From Planctomycetota bacterium (lineage in GTDB: Bacteria > Planctomycetota > B15-G4 > SIAN01), in assembly GCA_031409275.1 (NCBI GenBank), contig JANNXA010000044.1, positions 1 to 64,000 on the forward strand: 64,000 nt of DNA, given 5' to 3'. The notes under the pieces are model-generated. The model was given only the letters and a program-made list of their open reading frames with translations. It had not been told where the DNA came from and did no database searches. A program made the position numbers and the translations under genes. This document shows positions 59,582-64,000 of this stretch, in pieces (the stretch's first letter is position 1; every line of letters starts with the position of its first letter).

Positions 59582-60664
59582 TCAGCGCTTGAGCCAGTGC
59601 GCGTACTGGATCGGCAGGAGCTGCTGCGGCTTCTCGACGCCGAGCGCCTTGGCGGCGTGGAACGGCCAGTAGGCGTCCTTCAGCATCTCGCGCGCCAGGA
59701 TCACGCAGTCGGCGTGGCCCTCCTTGACGACCGCCTCGGCCTGCGCCGGGTCGCCGATCATCCAGCCGGCACCGCACGGCAGGCCCACTTCGCGACGGAT
59801 GCGCGAGGTGGTCGGCACCATGAAGCCCGGACCCCACGGGATCTTCGAGATGTCGGGCGTCACGAAGCCCTGGCTCACGTCGATGAAGTCGAGACCGCGG
59901 GCTTTCAGCCGCTTCAAGAGCTCGATCGATTCCTCGACCGTCACGCCACCCTCGACCCAATCGGTCACCGAGAGGCGCACCGCCAGCGGGAAGCGATCGG
60001 GCCACGCCGCGCGCACGGCGTCGAACGTCTCGATCAGGAAGCGGCAGCGGTTCTCGAAGCTGCCGCCGTATTCGTCGGTGCGCTGGTTCGAGAGCGGCGA
60101 GAAGAACTCGTGCGCAAGGTAGCCGTGCGCGAAATGGAGCTCGAGGAAGCGGTAGCCAGCGGCGACGGCGCGCTTCGTGGCGGCGGCGAAGTCGTCGCGC
60201 ACCTTGGCGATCTCCGGCTTCGTCAGCGCCCTCGGCGTGAACGGCAGGTTGGCGCCGAACGCCTGCGCGGAGGGCGCGAGGATCGGCCACGGTTTCTCGT
60301 CGGGGCCGAGGTGCTTGTCCCCCTCCCACGGCCGCTGTGCGCTCGCCTTGCGGCCGGCGTGACCGATCTGGAGTCCCGCCACGGCTCCATGCTGCTCGAC
60401 GAACTTCGTGATGCGCGCGAGCGGCTCGATCTGCGCGTCCGACCAGAGCCCGGCGTCGCCGTAGCTGATGCGCCCCTCAGCGGAGACCGCCGTCGCCTCG
60501 GCGATGACGAGTCCGGCGCCACCCACCGCGCGCGCGCCGAGGTGAACCAGATGCCAGTCGGTCGCCTTGCCGTCCTCCGAGGAGTACTGGCACATGGGCG
60601 AAACGACCACGCGATTGCGCAGCGTGACGGACCGGAGCGTGAGCGGCGTGAAGAGCGCGGCCAT
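59582..60664 (-). CDS. NADH:flavin oxidoreductase (Old Yellow Enzyme, YqjM/NamA-like)
   Basis: SPMCQYSS, HAGRKAS, HFAHGYL..EFFSPLSNQRTDEYGGSFENR. Confidence 0.95.
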   Translation of the reverse strand: MAALFTPLTLRSVTLRNRVVVSPMCQYSSEDGKATDWHLVHLGARAVGGAGLVIAEATAVSAEGRISYGDAGLWSDAQIEPLARITKFVEQHGAVAGLQIGHAGRKASAQRPWEGDKHLGPDEKPWPILAPSAQAFGANLPFTPRALTKPEIAKVRDDFAAATKRAVAAGYRFLELHFAHGYLAHEFFSPLSNQRTDEYGGSFENRCRFLIETFDAVRAAWPDRFPLAVRLSVTDWVEGGVTVEESIELLKRLKARGLDFIDVSQGFVTPDISKIPWGPGFMVPTTSRIRREVGLPCGAGWMIGDPAQAEAVVKEGHADCVILAREMLKDAYWPFHAAKALGVEKPQQLLPIQYAHWLKR

Positions 60665-60701
60665 TGGCGGACCTCATGACTGGGAAGCGAAGGAGCCGAG
60701 A

Positions 60702-60875
60702 ACGCTACCAGCCCTCTGGAGAAGTCGCCGCGCGTCTGCTGAGTGGATTTCGACTCGGAACGAGGAGGAGGTTCGAAGCCGACTCCGGGTCGAGTTGTCG
60801 AGGAGCTCCGACGAAGTCGTGGCTTGCGAGACGCCGTCGCGCAACACGAAGAGTTCTCCCGCGGGCTGCTAGCGT
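60702..60875. mobile_element. MITE-like palindromic element in divergent intergenic region
   Basis: acgctaccagccctctggagaagtc versus reverse complement of gagttctcccgcgggctgctagcgt: 21/25. Right end contains CTAG. Confidence 0.65.
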
Positions 60876-60911
60876 GCGCACCGTCGTCCGCATCACTCGG
60901 AGAGCGCTTCG

Positions 60912-62705
60912 ATGACCTGGGAGTTGTGGTTCACGCTGGCGGTGCTGCTGCTGATGGTGGCGGCGCTGGCAAAGAACTTCGCGACCGACATGGTGATGGT
61001 CGCGACGCTGGCCGCGTTCATGACCGCCGGACTTTGGAGCGACAAGTTCCCGAGCGGCGCGAAGCTGGTCGCCGGGCTTGGCAACGACGCGCTGGTGACG
61101 GTGGCCGTGCTCTACGTCGTGGTCACGGGTCTGGCGCGCACGGGCGCGATGCAGATGCTGACCCGGCCGTTGATGGGGCGACCGAAGTCGGTCAGCTCGG
61201 CGCAGCTGCGGGTGATGGCGCCATGCGCGGTGCTCTCGCCCTTCCTGAACAACACGCCGATCGTGGCGATGTTCCTGCCGGTGGTGAGCGACCTCTGCAA
61301 GCGCACCGGGATCTCGCCGTCGAAGCTCTTCATCCCGCTCTCCTTCTCCACGATCCTCGGCGGCTGCTGCACGCTGATCGGCACCAGCACGAACATGGTC
61401 ATCGCCGGGCTCGTCGTCGCGGAGACGGGGCGCCACGATCTGCTGCGCATGTTCGACCTCGCCTGGGTCGGCGTGCCGTGCACGGTCGTCGGCATCGCCT
61501 TCCTCGTGCTCACGGGCCGCTGGCTGCTGCCCAACCGCAAGTCGACGCTCGACGTCGGCGGCGATCCGCGCGAGTACACCGTGAGCATGGAGGTCGAGCC
61601 GGGCAGCCCGCTGGCCGGCCAGTCGATCGAAGCAGCCGGGCTGCGCGGCCTGCCGGGCGTCTACCTCGCGGAGATCGACCGACGCGGCCACGTGCTGCCG
61701 GCGGTCGCGTCGACCGACCTGCTCGAGGCAGGCGACCGTCTCGTCTTCGTCGGCATCGTCGACTCGGTCGTCGACCTGCAGAAGATCCGCGGCCTGCGCC
61801 CCGCCACCAACCAGATCTTCAAGCTCGACGCGCCGCGCGCCGAGCGCTGCATGCTCGAGGCGGTCGTCTCCGGCCACTGCCGGCTGATCGGCCAGTCGAT
61901 CCGCGACGGCAAGTTCCGCAGCGTCTACAACGCCGCGGTCATCGCGGTCGCGCGCGCCGGCCACCGGCTGAAGCAGAAGATCGGCGACATCGTGCTGCGT
62001 CCCGGCGACACACTGCTGCTCGAGGCGCATCCCGAGTTCGCCGACCAGCAGAAGAACTCGAAGGAGTTCTTCCTCGTCTCGAAGCTGGCCGACTCGACGC
62101 CGCCCGGCCACGAGAAGGCGTGGCTCGCCGCCGGCATCACCGTCGCGATGGTCCTCGTCGCCGGCTTCGAGTGGCTGTCGATGATGCACGCCGGCTTGCT
62201 GGCGGCGATGGCGATGCTGCTGACCGGTTGCTGCACCACGCAGGCGGCGCGGCGCAGCCTCGACTGGGAAGTGCTGATCACCATCGCGGCCGCGCTCGGC
62301 ATCGGCGAGACGATGCGCACGACGGGCCTCGCCGCGACCATCGCGAACGGCGCCGTCGGGCTGGTGCACGGCAGTCCGTGGCTCGCGTTGGTCGTGATCT
62401 ACTTCACGACGATGGTGCTGACCGAGCTCTTGAGCAACAACGCGACCGCCGCGCTGATGTACCCCATCACCATGGCGACCGCGCACTCGCTCGGCGCCGA
62501 TCCCAAGCCGTTCCTGGTCGCGATCATGATCGCGGCGTCCTGCGGGTTCGCGACGCCGTTTGGCTACCAGACCCACCTCATGGTCTATGGGCCCGGCGGC
62601 TACAAGTTCTCCGACTTCCTGCGCGTCGGTGTGCTGCTCGATCTGCTGGTGATGGCGGTGACCATCACGGTCGCGCCACTGGTGTGGCCGCTGCTGCCCA
62701 AGTGA
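60912..62705 (+). CDS. SLC13/DASS family permease with two TrkA-C domains
   Basis: FLNNTPIVAMFLP, LGGCCTLIGTSTN, TELLSNNATAAL, FATPFGYQTHLMVYGPGGYKFSDF. Confidence 0.95.
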   Translation: MTWELWFTLAVLLLMVAALAKNFATDMVMVATLAAFMTAGLWSDKFPSGAKLVAGLGNDALVTVAVLYVVVTGLARTGAMQMLTRPLMGRPKSVSSAQLRVMAPCAVLSPFLNNTPIVAMFLPVVSDLCKRTGISPSKLFIPLSFSTILGGCCTLIGTSTNMVIAGLVVAETGRHDLLRMFDLAWVGVPCTVVGIAFLVLTGRWLLPNRKSTLDVGGDPREYTVSMEVEPGSPLAGQSIEAAGLRGLPGVYLAEIDRRGHVLPAVASTDLLEAGDRLVFVGIVDSVVDLQKIRGLRPATNQIFKLDAPRAERCMLEAVVSGHCRLIGQSIRDGKFRSVYNAAVIAVARAGHRLKQKIGDIVLRPGDTLLLEAHPEFADQQKNSKEFFLVSKLADSTPPGHEKAWLAAGITVAMVLVAGFEWLSMMHAGLLAAMAMLLTGCCTTQAARRSLDWEVLITIAAALGIGETMRTTGLAATIANGAVGLVHGSPWLALVVIYFTTMVLTELLSNNATAALMYPITMATAHSLGADPKPFLVAIMIAASCGFATPFGYQTHLMVYGPGGYKFSDFLRVGVLLDLLVMAVTITVAPLVWPLLPK

Positions 62706-62844
62706 GCGGCGCCACGCGGCGAAGCGCGCTTCAACGCAGGCGTGGCTTCGGAATCGACGCGAGCCGCCCCCCGGAAGGGACGGCCCGCGGGCTCGAATGA
62801 CGCGAATGCACACGACACCATTCCGGCGACCGAACGTGAGATGC

Positions 62845-63324
62845 TCAGTTGCAGTCCGTGCAGATTCCAGACAAGGTGCCAAGCAGCTTGCCAGTTGGAC
62901 TTGAACAACTCCCTGAGCATGCTGAGGAGCAGCGCGTGAAGATGCTGATGGCATTCACGCCGCCACAGTCTTCCGGCCAGTTCTCGAGCCGGAATCCACC
63001 TGTCGGAGCAGGACCGAACGGCTTCCACGGAGGGCCCGATCCGGTGATGTACTCGACGGTGCATCCCGTCCCGCATCCCGCTTTCGCCACGCCGTCGGCG
63101 TAGTAGGTGAACTTGCACTGAGTGAGCGTGCTGCAATCCTCCCTACATGCGCCGTCGCTCGACATGATTCCAAAGTTCAATGTTGACAGATCCAGGCAAC
63201 CTGAGGGTGCGGTGGAGAGGAGTACCGAAGACGTACCATCACAGCCATCGCACACCTCGCTTCGGGGCGCGGCCGGAGCGAGGCCGAGCAGCGTTGCTGC
63301 AAGCGTGAGCAGAATGAACTTCAT
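62845..63324 (-). CDS. Small secreted cysteine-rich protein (14 Cys)
   Basis: AAGGAG RBS, signal peptide MKFILLTLAATLLGLA, CDGC...CTDC. Visibly lower GC3. Confidence 0.75.
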   Translation of the reverse strand: MKFILLTLAATLLGLAPAAPRSEVCDGCDGTSSVLLSTAPSGCLDLSTLNFGIMSSDGACREDCSTLTQCKFTYYADGVAKAGCGTGCTVEYITGSGPPWKPFGPAPTGGFRLENWPEDCGGVNAISIFTRCSSACSGSCSSPTGKLLGTLSGICTDCN

Positions 63325-63527
63325 CACCGACTCCTTGTCCTGAGACATCGACAGGCGCACGGACGCCGCGACGGCGACGCCCGGCCATACGCCTGCCCTC
63401 GATGAGACACCAACGAACTGGTTCATCGGGCAACAACAACTGCACTACGCCGCAGTGCGGGTGTTGATTGACCGCGCGCGTCGAACGTGCGCAGCGATCA
63501 CACGCATACCGCTCGCTGGCCCTGCGA

Positions 63528-64000
63528 TCACTTTCGCTCTTCGAGGATCTCGAGCGCTTCACGTTCCCTGCCCTCGAGAATGCCCCCGACGTACTTGTTC
63601 AAGTCCTCGAGCGCCGGCTCTTCGCCATGATCGAGCGTGATCGAGATGGGCGTCTGATCGGGCAGGAATGTGACATGCACGAGGAACTTGCCCTTGTCGC
63701 CGCCAGCGGAGACGCCCCCGAGCGGACCGGGCACCAGTTTCTTGTAGAGCCCACGCTCGATCCGATCTTTGATGATCCGACCTCGCTCTTCGTCCAGATC
63801 CGTCCTGGCGTCCAGGAGATCCTGGTCGGTTCGTCGCATCGCCGCGAGGAGCCGCGCCTTCTTCACTGGTGCGAGCTCCTCGTCGAACTCGATCCCGCGG
63901 GCGCACGCGCGGGCGATCTCGAGCATCGCGGGGCTCGGCACTGGCGAATCCGAGGCCTGGGTCGAATCAACAGGCGCAACGGGAGCGCCCGCCGTCTCCG
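63528..64000 (-). CDS. Hypothetical protein, 5' end outside the window
   Basis: Open frame to the window edge with charged helical C-terminus. Confidence 0.55.
   Translation of the reverse strand, partial: ETAGAPVAPVDSTQASDSPVPSPAMLEIARACARGIEFDEELAPVKKARLLAAMRRTDQDLLDARTDLDEERGRIIKDRIERGLYKKLVPGPLGGVSAGGDKGKFLVHVTFLPDQTPISITLDHGEEPALEDLNKYVGGILEGREREALEILEERK

Overview
This is a very GC-rich, gene-dense bacterial chromosomal segment. Its gene content (ECF sigma-Ser/Thr kinase pair, DUF1573, FG-GAP, carboxypeptidase-regulatory-like and LamG secreted proteins) suggests Planctomycetota, which is an inference. About 46 CDS are supported, mostly housekeeping or accessory (LeuA-like synthase, Lhr helicase, Tex, S9 peptidase, OYE, MCP, transporters, class A beta-lactamase). 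No rRNA, tRNA, CRISPR array or transposase was seen. Highlights: (1) a tightly coupled DUF4956 / TPR / CotH-kinase+beta-helix / VTC polyphosphate-polymerase operon, a candidate trans-envelope polyP-fuelled phosphorylation system; (2) a PIN-GNAT-EVE/PUA fusion overlapping an ASCH gene, a candidate RNA-acetylation toxin-antitoxin or defence module; (3) two convergent, apparently exported metacaspase paralogues flanking a collapsed CHAT-protease remnant not evident from the ORF track; (4) two dissimilar CTAG-bounded MITE-like rods sharing an asymmetric internal-loop motif GAGGA/GACGAW; (5) an unannotated 43-aa lysine-rich ORF; (6) an ECF with a DSD phospho-type motif coupled to a kinase-PEGA(PDZ insert)-FGE protein. 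All family assignments come from motif recognition by eye; no searches were run.
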